A stretch of DNA of 64,000 nucleotides from Mayamaea pseudoterrestris. Lineage: Eukaryota. Under the pieces are notes generated by a model, which searched no databases, had not been told where the DNA came from, and saw nothing but the letters and a program-made list of their open reading frames with translations. Positions 28,286-37,905 of the stretch are shown here, piece by piece. Location of the stretch: NCBI GenBank assembly GCA_027923505.1, contig BROI01000009.1:62001-126000 (forward strand), written 5' to 3'. Position 1 is the stretch's first letter. Each line of letters opens with the position of its first letter. A program made the position numbers and the translations under genes.

Positions 28286-31200
28286 ATGAAAATGAGGCTT
28301 ATAGCACAAAATCGAATGACGAGATTGACAGCGAGAAATGGGGCAGTTCGCCAAAATGCTGCTCGAACGCTTCTGATTTTGATGGCATGCTGCTGCTTGG
28401 ATTCATGCTTATTGTTCGTCAATGCGTCGACAAGCGACCATGCATCAATATACAATGGAATCATTCCTCCGCCTCCGCCGCGAAGAAAGGAACCGAGACG
28501 GTTAGATGCAGACGAAGCGTCGTCGTTTGGTCCAAGCCAAGTCAGGGATGCAGCTGCCATTGATGGATCATCCAATAAGGTGATGGAATCGTCCTTTGAA
28601 CGACAACAAGGATTACATCAACGGCCTCCTCCGCCGCCATCAAGACTGGATGTATCGCGAGTAGAGAATGAAGAACTGCACGCGAGCGCAGCAACGACGC
28701 CGTCAATCGAGCAGCAAACAGCAGCGGTTCAAAGACAATACGTCATGTCGAGTGAAGACGAACAACAGCAGCAGCAGCAGCAAGCAATCAAGCCTTTGCA
28801 CAGAGTGCAACCTCCTCCGCCGCCGCCAAGGCCTCGTTCAAGCAATGATCCGCTTGACGCAGCGACAACCAGTCTACCATTGACGCAAGTGGAGGGATGC
28901 ACGGATGACGGCGGCGCAGCGTCGCAGAATGCGGTGTCAAATGGCAAGGCTGATGAACCAGTAGACTTGCAGTCGTTTTCGCCTCCTCCCTTGCCTCGGT
29001 TGACGCAGCAACAGCAGCAGCAGCTAGATGAGCCCAATGGCGGCAATGGGAGTGATAATTTACAGCCGATTGTGTCAGCAGTAGTAGCAGCGGCATCGTC
29101 GTCGTCAATTCTGCGACAATCCACTAATCCGAGCAGTCCGACGGAGCAGCAATCTACAAAAAATGTGTTACTTGACAATCCACGGCTCCAGTCGACTCCC
29201 CCGCTGCCGCCGTATAAACCGCAAGCGTTGGAGGCCTTGCCGGAGGGTCAACCTGATGGTGAACGAGCGGAAACGGCGAGCAAACGTCATGACGCAGACA
29301 CAAGATTGAAATGGAGCATCACGGCGAATGAGCAATCAGTTACAGCTGAGTATGTAAATGCAGCTTTAGCTCAAGTGTTGCCTCCTGCGCCGCAGCAAGA
29401 AAATGACGAATCGAATGGCGACAAGAAAGACAAGTTTGAAGCCACGCGACAATCAACCGATGCAAGCGATACGAAACAATCTACATTGGATTCAGTACTT
29501 GACCATCAACAAGCACAGTCGACTCATCCGTTTGAAAATCAAGTGGAGACTGTGCCATTCGAATGCTTGAAAGCTGGGACGGAGCATTCTTTATTTGATG
29601 GAGCTGCTCCACCATACCAAAGGAGAGCTGCTTCTCAAGCGCAACCATTACCGCCGGGTAATCATTCTCCTCAAGTGGTACACGAAAGTTTTTCCGATCA
29701 GCTGGGTTCGGAGCGATTGCTGGATGCGACAAGGCAGTCAAGTGCCTACGATCAAGGTCCAGGTGAACCGATGGTGGAATTTGAGCAAATAATAGTGCAT
29801 CCGAGTCGTCCAGCTACTCTGTTAAATGCGCAGAGTGATGATAAGCAATGGCTGGACGGATCGAAACGAGCGCAAGAGCAAGGCTTGTCATCCGAACTGC
29901 CACATTCAACCCAGTCGACGGCTACTCGCAGCAGAAATGATAATTTCGGCGACGAACAGCCATGGCCGACGCAGCAACAACCGACGCAATCATTAAACAC
30001 GCTAGCAAACGACGAACGAGGAATGCAACCACGGCAAACAGTGCCTCTGTCGCGTCCAGCTGGACCATTGGTTCAACGTCAACTCCAACGCCGACCATTG
30101 CAGCAATCAACATTCAAGCCGTCATCGACATCGCAACCTGTTTGGGAGCGCCTCTGGAAAAAGGTGGAAACGGGCTTGGATACCTTGGCTGATCTGGAGG
30201 ATGGCTTGCAGTCTCGTGCGCAAAAGCTGTACTCGACGACTGTTTCGACTGTACGAAAAGGCGGAAAGGAACGGAATAGCGTAACGCGCCAAGTACAAGA
30301 GTCGTTGGTGTTTGAGATTGCAGCCATACAAGGAAACCGTTATCAGCAGGCAAGCATTTTATCTCGGAGTACCGCTGAAATTGACATGAGCAAATTATCG
30401 ACAGCTGATCATTCCGGTGCAGTGACTGGACAGACACGGAGACTGATGCTAGCGAATGGAGGGTCTTCGGCGCCACCTGATGCTGCTTTTAGTCAGCAGC
30501 AAAATCCTCCCGTGCAAGGACCGCCACCTCATGCGCAAACGCAACATCAGCAGTACCCTCCTCCCGTCATGGAACGACGCCATCAATTGCCGGTGCAGAA
30601 TCGAGTGGCACCTCTGCCACAATCAGTGAGGACATCACCATTCGTAGCGGCTAGAAATAATGCACAGCAGCAGGAACAACGACAGTCTTCAGCGACTTTC
30701 CAATCTCCTAGACTTCCGCGCGAGCAACAAAACGCGCCGTCTAGTCCAGGAAACGAGGACAATATCGTAAAGGTGGATCAGACGTCGTCCAGCAATAAAT
30801 TCTCATTTGACGACGATGACACATCCCGCTTTAATTTTTCGCGCTTGACGAAAATGATGCCTTCCATTCCTCGACTTCGGTTTCCACGGCTTTTTAATCG
30901 TGGTGGATCCTTTCGTCGCGACGATGCATTAGCAGCCTTGGACCTTTGGAATGCGGCAGATGACGATCAACCGAAAGGTTTCATGTCAAAAATGTTTGGT
31001 TGGGCGAGCGGTAGTAGACCAAAAATCAACTCATTATCCATTGTTGTCAAACCTCAAAAGTCTGACAAAGACGAAGCTAATGTTGCGATGCCACAACTTC
31101 TCAAGGATTTGATGCAGCGCTGTGGGAATGGGAAAAGCACTACCCTTCTGTCCAAGGATGATAAGCGTAGAGGTGGGACGATTGGGCGGATGCTGGCGGC

Positions 31201-33325
31201 TCTTGACTTGCTGGTCCTCTGTGGAATTATGGTTGCTGTGCGAGAGACACGGCCGGGAAATTTTGCCCTGCCTTTTTCATGGAGCGAGCTTGTTTTCGAA
31301 GCTGTGCCTGCCTTGTTTAACATGATCGTTGCATCTATGAACGGCTGGTTGCCTTTTGCACTTGCTGTTATTTACCTCGCAACCAAAACGAGCGAGCTTA
31401 TTCAAGCAGGCTATGTCAATCTTCTGTGTGACGACGTTTCCACATCCATTGTGAATGAGGCACGTACCGGATCGCTCTTTCTGCGGCTGTACATGGGCAC
31501 GCCAGTTGATCAGCAAATGACGACAAATATGCAGCATGCAGCTACGTTACAAGTACGAGAAAAAGTTCTTGTCTCGCGTCTCCGTTCCTTTGTGTTTTCG
31601 CTTCTCGCAACACTGGTTGCCATGACCGTCGCCATTCGTCAGTCGCTCGCCAAGGTCGCTTTTTATTCATTCACTTCGATTCTGAGTATAGAAGAGCTTC
31701 ACTTGTGGCCAGTGCTTGCGCATACCTTTTTTGTGAACGCCAGAGATACCTTGTACAAGTACACCACAACAAGCTTTTCAATGCTAATGCAATCGGTTAA
31801 GCGGATGATGGATGATCCTGTGATTGTTGCTTACAAGTTTGCGGTGTTTGGAGTGCTTATTGCGGCTGCGTACGTGCCGAGAATTGAGAAACGCAGAAAT
31901 CTCTCCCCCGCGTCAAGTAGCGACAATGAAGAAGTTGAGGCGGCTCATATGCATTCCAGGCTCACTGAAAGTTTGGAGGATCTTGGTAGCTCCAGCGGTA
32001 CGCGACTTTGTGCACTCAGCGAAATGTCTGCGATTGAAGCAGGACTCGAGCGGTGGCGATTGATGTTACCACAAGACAACGAGTCTGCTCATGGTTTATC
32101 CAGTGCTTCCTTCATTCGAATCATTTTCTACAATATTCTTGCTGGACTGCTTCTTTTTGCGCCTGTCATTGCATTTGCATTTGGAGGGATTGCTCCGTTG
32201 GGGTCCACCGACGCTACACGGATTCGCTGGGACTCGTTACTTGACGTTTCAATTATTCTGCTGTACACTCATCAACTGCTGACTAAAGCCTTGTCATCAG
32301 CAGTCGTCGCCAAAGAAGCCGAAGCCTATATCGCCACATTCATTGCAAAAATTAGGAATGCAGTTCAATCTAGAAACCACGAAAAGGAATCACAGCGTAA
32401 TTTAGAGCTACAGGCAGCAATCAACCCATTAGCAGGTTTAACCGTAAAAGATCTTTGGGCCGCGCATGCAACCAGAAGAGCTTGGGCTGTGCGAGGCATT
32501 AGCTTAGACGTTCAAAATTCCGAGATCGTTGTGTTGTTTGGCGAAGGAGGTTCCGGAAAGACTCGACTGCTGACAACATTGGCTGAAGCGATGGTTGATC
32601 CACCGCGCGAGGCGTTATCAGCAACTCGGGTCAGAGGAACGACAATTGTGTGTGGCGTAGAGACAAGTAAATGGGACAAGCGTCTACTTCGCCGGCGGTT
32701 AGGCTTGCTATTGAACGATGTTCAAACCTTGTCTGCGGTATCCAAAGCTTTCAGCGGAATGTCCATTGAAGAAATATTGGAACCTACCAGTTTGAAAAGA
32801 AGTCCTGAAGCAGCTCGCAACGCGATGATACTTGGACTCAAAGTTACTGGCTTGTACGCATCGTTGATACCCCGTCTTCCATCAAAACTATCAACGATTA
32901 TTACTGCGGTTGAAGAGGATCTACGACCATCTTCACTGCGTCCACGGTCGGTGCTGCTTTCGCCAGTCGAGTGGTCGAAGCTACTGCTGGCAAGAGTACT
33001 TGCACAAGCGATATATGACAATGATAACTCTGCCAGCAGCGGCGACAGCATAGATAAATGCCTGATTGGATCTATTCTGCTCCTCGACGACGCCACAGCT
33101 CATTTTTCGGAGGTTGACGAAGCTCGTTTGCTTCAAGAGTTGCGTCGAACTGGTGCTGCGATTGTCATTGCCTCCAATCGATGGGCTACAGGACGGTTCG
33201 TCGATCGAATTGTTGTGTTAAAGGATGGCGCTGCAATGGAATCTGGAACACACAACCAACTACTTGCTCGTGGACCCCAATATTCGCTCTATGCAGCTCA
33301 GTGGAACGCGATGGCTACATCATAG
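28286..33325 (+). CDS. Large membrane protein with P/Q-rich N-terminus and a C-terminal degenerate ABC ATPase domain, 1679 aa
   Basis: Signal-like N-terminus, several TM segments, Walker A GEGGSGKT, Walker B ILLLDD, and the ABCB/C-like tail DRIVVLKDG...ESGTHNQLL...LYA. Confidence 0.8.
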   Translation: MKMRLIAQNRMTRLTARNGAVRQNAARTLLILMACCCLDSCLLFVNASTSDHASIYNGIIPPPPPRRKEPRRLDADEASSFGPSQVRDAAAIDGSSNKVMESSFERQQGLHQRPPPPPSRLDVSRVENEELHASAATTPSIEQQTAAVQRQYVMSSEDEQQQQQQQAIKPLHRVQPPPPPPRPRSSNDPLDAATTSLPLTQVEGCTDDGGAASQNAVSNGKADEPVDLQSFSPPPLPRLTQQQQQQLDEPNGGNGSDNLQPIVSAVVAAASSSSILRQSTNPSSPTEQQSTKNVLLDNPRLQSTPPLPPYKPQALEALPEGQPDGERAETASKRHDADTRLKWSITANEQSVTAEYVNAALAQVLPPAPQQENDESNGDKKDKFEATRQSTDASDTKQSTLDSVLDHQQAQSTHPFENQVETVPFECLKAGTEHSLFDGAAPPYQRRAASQAQPLPPGNHSPQVVHESFSDQLGSERLLDATRQSSAYDQGPGEPMVEFEQIIVHPSRPATLLNAQSDDKQWLDGSKRAQEQGLSSELPHSTQSTATRSRNDNFGDEQPWPTQQQPTQSLNTLANDERGMQPRQTVPLSRPAGPLVQRQLQRRPLQQSTFKPSSTSQPVWERLWKKVETGLDTLADLEDGLQSRAQKLYSTTVSTVRKGGKERNSVTRQVQESLVFEIAAIQGNRYQQASILSRSTAEIDMSKLSTADHSGAVTGQTRRLMLANGGSSAPPDAAFSQQQNPPVQGPPPHAQTQHQQYPPPVMERRHQLPVQNRVAPLPQSVRTSPFVAARNNAQQQEQRQSSATFQSPRLPREQQNAPSSPGNEDNIVKVDQTSSSNKFSFDDDDTSRFNFSRLTKMMPSIPRLRFPRLFNRGGSFRRDDALAALDLWNAADDDQPKGFMSKMFGWASGSRPKINSLSIVVKPQKSDKDEANVAMPQLLKDLMQRCGNGKSTTLLSKDDKRRGGTIGRMLAALDLLVLCGIMVAVRETRPGNFALPFSWSELVFEAVPALFNMIVASMNGWLPFALAVIYLATKTSELIQAGYVNLLCDDVSTSIVNEARTGSLFLRLYMGTPVDQQMTTNMQHAATLQVREKVLVSRLRSFVFSLLATLVAMTVAIRQSLAKVAFYSFTSILSIEELHLWPVLAHTFFVNARDTLYKYTTTSFSMLMQSVKRMMDDPVIVAYKFAVFGVLIAAAYVPRIEKRRNLSPASSSDNEEVEAAHMHSRLTESLEDLGSSSGTRLCALSEMSAIEAGLERWRLMLPQDNESAHGLSSASFIRIIFYNILAGLLLFAPVIAFAFGGIAPLGSTDATRIRWDSLLDVSIILLYTHQLLTKALSSAVVAKEAEAYIATFIAKIRNAVQSRNHEKESQRNLELQAAINPLAGLTVKDLWAAHATRRAWAVRGISLDVQNSEIVVLFGEGGSGKTRLLTTLAEAMVDPPREALSATRVRGTTIVCGVETSKWDKRLLRRRLGLLLNDVQTLSAVSKAFSGMSIEEILEPTSLKRSPEAARNAMILGLKVTGLYASLIPRLPSKLSTIITAVEEDLRPSSLRPRSVLLSPVEWSKLLLARVLAQAIYDNDNSASSGDSIDKCLIGSILLLDDATAHFSEVDEARLLQELRRTGAAIVIASNRWATGRFVDRIVVLKDGAAMESGTHNQLLARGPQYSLYAAQWNAMATS

Positions 33326-33367
33326 TTCAGTGTTTTACGTAAGTTACATTAATATTTCAACCACTTC

Positions 33368-35653
33368 TTAATCTACAAAAACGAATCTGGCTCCGATTGC
33401 AAGATGATCACTAGGCCAGATATCCGATGGAAGTAAATGTCCTTGTGGAATACTATTCGAGTTGAGTTCGGCAAAGCTTGTTGGAATCGAAAGCTTCTCG
33501 ACCACTGTGAGTGACGCGTTATAGAAAATATAGTCAAGGACGTTAACAAAGGTGTCTGTCACATTTGTAAAGGGTATGCTCTCCGTCAAACCATTTTTAC
33601 TGCTCTTGTCGTGCTGCGAATAGGCACTGGTTAATTGGATGGGGCATGCCAATCGTTCATCTTTTAGCCAGTCTACAACCATTAGCTGTTGCTCGAGGAC
33701 TTCACTAGCCGGTCGACTCGCATCCCAACCTTGAACTCGCTCGGCTTTTACATTTACAAAGTCAAACATTCCCAAGTCATCCGCGCATGGCACTCCGGCG
33801 CGAAGACAAAGCTGAAACATGTTCGACGCGGCACTCTTGACTCTTGACGCCGAACTGGTCGGTTGATCACACCACCAGTAGCCTTGCCGACAACCGTCGC
33901 ATTCGTACACCTCCATGTGGTCATCCACCAGATTGGACGGCGCGTCGTAGGAATCCAGTATTCGCTTCTTTTCACTCGCGTCGTGAACCTCGACAATGGA
34001 TTCATTGCAAACCACGCAGCGCGACAAGAACTTGGTTGGCTCGAGCATTACTCCATGTGTCAGCAGCAAGTGCACCAGTGCCACTTCCAAATTGTTCAAT
34101 AGCTTCGGGCTGAGACAGTACGCACCCGGCGGACAGTCACGGCGCGACAGCATGCGCCGCGAAGTTGTCACCAGCGTCCGTCGCTCCTCCTTGCATCGAT
34201 CGAAAATGCTGTATACGGCTTGCTGCGTCCGCAAACGTTCCTCAACGTCCGTCTCCAGCGCAGCATCCTGTCCAAGTATGCGGAGCCAGCGACAAAGTTT
34301 GTTTAGCGTGTTGTCGAGGCAGTATCTGACAGTAACTTGCCTTCTTTGCGGATTGTCTGGACTGTCGTCGTCGTAAATGGATAATTCTCGCGTCAAGCGT
34401 TCGGTCAGTGCATCAACATTTTGTTGTTGCTGCTTGGACGAGTCACTGCCTCCTCCGTCTTCATCGTCGGCACCACGTTCGTCGTACGAGTTTCTGTCAC
34501 AAGCATGACTCAATGCCGCCTCTCCAACTGGCACTTGGTGGTACCAGGGCGCCACCAGCTTGGCGTTGATGACTCCCTTCGTCAAGTACGAGTGGGCGGC
34601 TCCGTGCGGCCGCGAGTTGAAATCGCCACAAAATATAAACGACTCGTCAAGTGAATTCAAAAATGCTTTCGCGCGCACCAACACGTAGTGCGCCTGACAC
34701 AATTTAACGTATTCGTAGCCGGGATGCCAATACAGGTGCGCCGTGGCAATGACAACGGTTCGAAGTGGGTTTCGCTTGGAGCGTATTCGGACGAGCAAGG
34801 CCACGTTGCGACGCAACAAGGTTTGCTGCAGTCCCTCGAGTTGATTGCTGTTGTTATGGTTATTGTTGCTGCTTTGGCCGTTACTTTTGTTCGTTGCTGA
34901 CGGTGATGTACCATCATTTGCACTGTCGTTCATTCTCGTCGCAGTATTCCGCACTCCCAGCGTCGCCAAGTCATCCAATCGAACCAGCTCATGCGTGACA
35001 ATCTCCCACTCCTTTTGATAGACAAAGCAGGTGCATGCGTCGGCTCGTCCACCCGCGCCGCCTCCCTTGGTGCGCGGCGTTTCAATACCAATGTAGTCGT
35101 GTCGCTCCAAATATTGTGCCACGTCGGACAAGTCCACCTCCTGCAAGCAAATGACGTGAGCTGCTGCTGCAGAATTATTTATGTCAGTAATGCTGTCGCT
35201 TGTCTTTGATTCATCGTTTCGTATTACAAACTTTTGCAACGTTTTGAACAAGAGTTTGCGCCGCCTTTTTGGATCAAAGACTTGGCTGCGATATTCGCGC
35301 GGAAGGTTGGATTGACTCTTTGGGGTGCAGTAGGATTCGGCCAGCATGTTCCAGCTAACGACGGAGAGTGAATCACGTCTTGATTTCGTTTTCTCGTTGG
35401 CATTGACGGAAACTGTAATCCATTCGTTGACTTCATTGAGTGCATCGTTTGCTGCGGCAGCAGCCGCCATTGTTTCGTCATCATTCGCTGCCGCAGCGTC
35501 ATCATCTTTCAAAGCTTCTCTAACAACTGGAACGAATATTAGACGATCAACCCATGTCATGAATGGATCTTTTGAAGATGATGCTTGGGCAGACGTCGCT
35601 TTGGCTGATTTCTTCGTTCGTTGCTTTTGCTTTTTCGTTCCAAAATTTGGCAT
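33368..35653 (-). CDS. CCR4/nocturnin/PDE12-like EEP nuclease-phosphatase with an inserted Mut7-C domain
   Basis: EEP motifs SWNMLA, CLQEVD, HLYWHP, GDFNS, LDYIFY and PSDH. Internal Mut7-C-like block LDNTLNKLCRWLRILGQDA...RTLVT...SRCVVCN...CDGCRQGYW. Confidence 0.85.
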   Translation of the reverse strand: MPNFGTKKQKQRTKKSAKATSAQASSSKDPFMTWVDRLIFVPVVREALKDDDAAAANDDETMAAAAAANDALNEVNEWITVSVNANEKTKSRRDSLSVVSWNMLAESYCTPKSQSNLPREYRSQVFDPKRRRKLLFKTLQKFVIRNDESKTSDSITDINNSAAAAHVICLQEVDLSDVAQYLERHDYIGIETPRTKGGGAGGRADACTCFVYQKEWEIVTHELVRLDDLATLGVRNTATRMNDSANDGTSPSATNKSNGQSSNNNHNNSNQLEGLQQTLLRRNVALLVRIRSKRNPLRTVVIATAHLYWHPGYEYVKLCQAHYVLVRAKAFLNSLDESFIFCGDFNSRPHGAAHSYLTKGVINAKLVAPWYHQVPVGEAALSHACDRNSYDERGADDEDGGGSDSSKQQQQNVDALTERLTRELSIYDDDSPDNPQRRQVTVRYCLDNTLNKLCRWLRILGQDAALETDVEERLRTQQAVYSIFDRCKEERRTLVTTSRRMLSRRDCPPGAYCLSPKLLNNLEVALVHLLLTHGVMLEPTKFLSRCVVCNESIVEVHDASEKKRILDSYDAPSNLVDDHMEVYECDGCRQGYWWCDQPTSSASRVKSAASNMFQLCLRAGVPCADDLGMFDFVNVKAERVQGWDASRPASEVLEQQLMVVDWLKDERLACPIQLTSAYSQHDKSSKNGLTESIPFTNVTDTFVNVLDYIFYNASLTVVEKLSIPTSFAELNSNSIPQGHLLPSDIWPSDHLAIGARFVFVD

Positions 35654-36611
35654 GCTGCAGCTGCAGCGGCGGTTGATTACCTTTGTAATGGACAAACGCG
35701 AATATTATCTTATTCTATGGTAAGAGGCTTCACTCTACGGTATCAATTTCGGATCTGCTGTGATTTGTCGCTCGATGCAAGCAGCTCGCTGGACGGCGTT
35801 GTCGTCATGGCGAAGAAGCATCGGATGGACGCGTTTCGTCATTCCCGGTACGACAATTGCCTTGCGCGGTGCCTGGCGAAGGTCTATTGTCGCGGAGCAG
35901 GTACTGTATTCTTCCGACGAAAGAGTGCACGATCAACATTGATGCAGTAGTTACATTAGGTAGCCAACAACCACGACAGCTACCGGGAGGTATAGATCAA
36001 AATGGATGCTAATTGATCGCGGCGGATGGTGGATACTTTCACATCATGTTGTCAGCTGGTTTGCACGTGGAGCGCGAGCTGGGCATTGCGGTGTTAACGA
36101 CGAAGCAGTCAAAACTGTATTACATAATACTCGCATCCTAGCAGAGAGCATATCAATACTAGAACATGCCAATGGAGAACTGCTTTGAGCAGCACCACAC
36201 AAGGTGGTTGATGCGGCGCAATGTCACGACGAAAGAGCGAGGAGGCACCTTGGGAATTTGCTTGCAGAACGCACAAACATGCAGAATAACGACGTCAACG
36301 AGTGTAAACCAGTACCGGTACCGTCGCTGGATGCTGACGGGCCGCTTGGAGAAGAGCAATGCATTCAGAATTTGCGTCAGAATTTGCGTCAGTGGATGGT
36401 GCACTTTCATGCGATGGTGTCACGGAATGTTCTGATGACGTACTCTCTGGCGCACTTTATGTCGCCATTTCATGCGAACGCCTCTATGGAGTATCTTCCG
36501 TGGCGGTCGCAGCCGAGTACTGGAACATTGCGGTTTTCACACGACCGGCGTATTTCATTTCACACGGTCGACTTGAAGCGTCCTCATTGCCGAGCGATCG
36601 AACAATCCACC

Positions 36612-37581
36612 ATGACCATTTCTCATCCCAGCCTTTCGGAGACTGCAGGCGGGGAACTCTTCTCCAACCTCTCTTCACCAGCGCTGACATTTGAGCATAT
36701 TGCGGCCTCCGATATTGTGGAAGACAGTCGCAGCAGCCATGTCACTTACGGCAACAACAAGATGGCCTTTGTCTTTTCGGCAACTTCCTACCAATGGCGC
36801 GACGAATACTTTGACAATCAACCTGGTATACTTGCAGTTATGGACCATAACGAAAATTTACTCATGGCGCACCACAAGGGCGCCATTTGTCTGGCAATCA
36901 TATGGATCGGCATGACGGTTCCATTCGTTTTGTCACTCATCATTTGGAATGGACTCGTGTACTGTCTTTTCATGCTTGGAATAGCATTCTTTGGTTTTTT
37001 GATGTGTGGACGAACAGCCTACTACAATCGGGGTAATTTTCCGTCGCATACAGCATTGACATCCGAGGGAATCAAGTTTGTAGATGGCTCCAAGTTCAAC
37101 CACGGAGCAGGTGCGTCCTAGTTGATGCGTATATTCTGGAGTATGAAAATTGAGGTACATGCTGGCTAACACATTTTACACATACCCATTATCATTAGTC
37201 TATATGTTTCCCTTCCAGGACATTGTGAGCATGGCTCGCGTGAAGGACAGCCCGGCCCTTTGCCAATTGGTGCTGGCAAACCCCGTATCATCCTATCTTC
37301 AGGAACCACCATTGGGGCGAACGCAACAATCCAACACAAATAAAATTCAAATCGAGTTTCTCGAAAATGTCACAATGCTCATTATGATTGCCATGGCTCT
37401 CAAAACAGCTTCGTCCAGTGCTCCGACTCTCGCTGTGCCATTGGGCGGTAATATGAGCCAGGTTGCAGCGACTGTAGTTTCCACAAGAAACGGGCCAGTG
37501 ATTGGTAACATTCAGATGCAATTGAACCAATGGGTTGAAAGCTTGCGCTCACATTATTTGTCAGCGGATACGGTTGCGTAG
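36612..37581 (+). CDS. Hypothetical two-TM membrane protein; 2 exons 36612-37110, 37199-37581
   Basis: A GTGCGT..TTAG intron at 37111-37198 joins two ORFs in frame (GA|VYMFPF). Two adjacent hydrophobic helices. Start uncertain, as the ORF is open upstream to 36204. Confidence 0.6.
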
Positions 37582-37739
37582 CATCACAATGCAGAAAAAT
37601 AAGTAAAATGTTGCTTGGAATGTAAAAAATTCCATCACAATTTTAAGGTAGCTTATTGCACTCAACTGTGAAAACAGGCACTCTATGTATAAGACATCAC
37701 ATGGCTCTAAGGACAGGCTTTGATAAACAAGGGCTGCTG

Positions 37740-37905
37740 CCCACTGAGGCTGGCGAGAAGTTCTCACCAGTCAAATTGCCATACCCTAAGACACAAGCCA
37801 AGCCTACCATCTTGTAGCGCAGCCTGAATAATGATGTTGGCACCATTCTGGTGTATTTTGGGCACCCACAGGGTCTGCTGTAGGGACGTTTGAAGGTCAC
37901 GGCAT
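37740..37905. repeat. Single diverged satellite-B (169-bp) monomer at the left edge of the repeat domain
   Basis: Matches the 40.4-42.0 kb monomer (gccaagcctaccatcttgtagcgcagcctgaataatgatgttggcaccattctggtg...). Confidence 0.9.
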
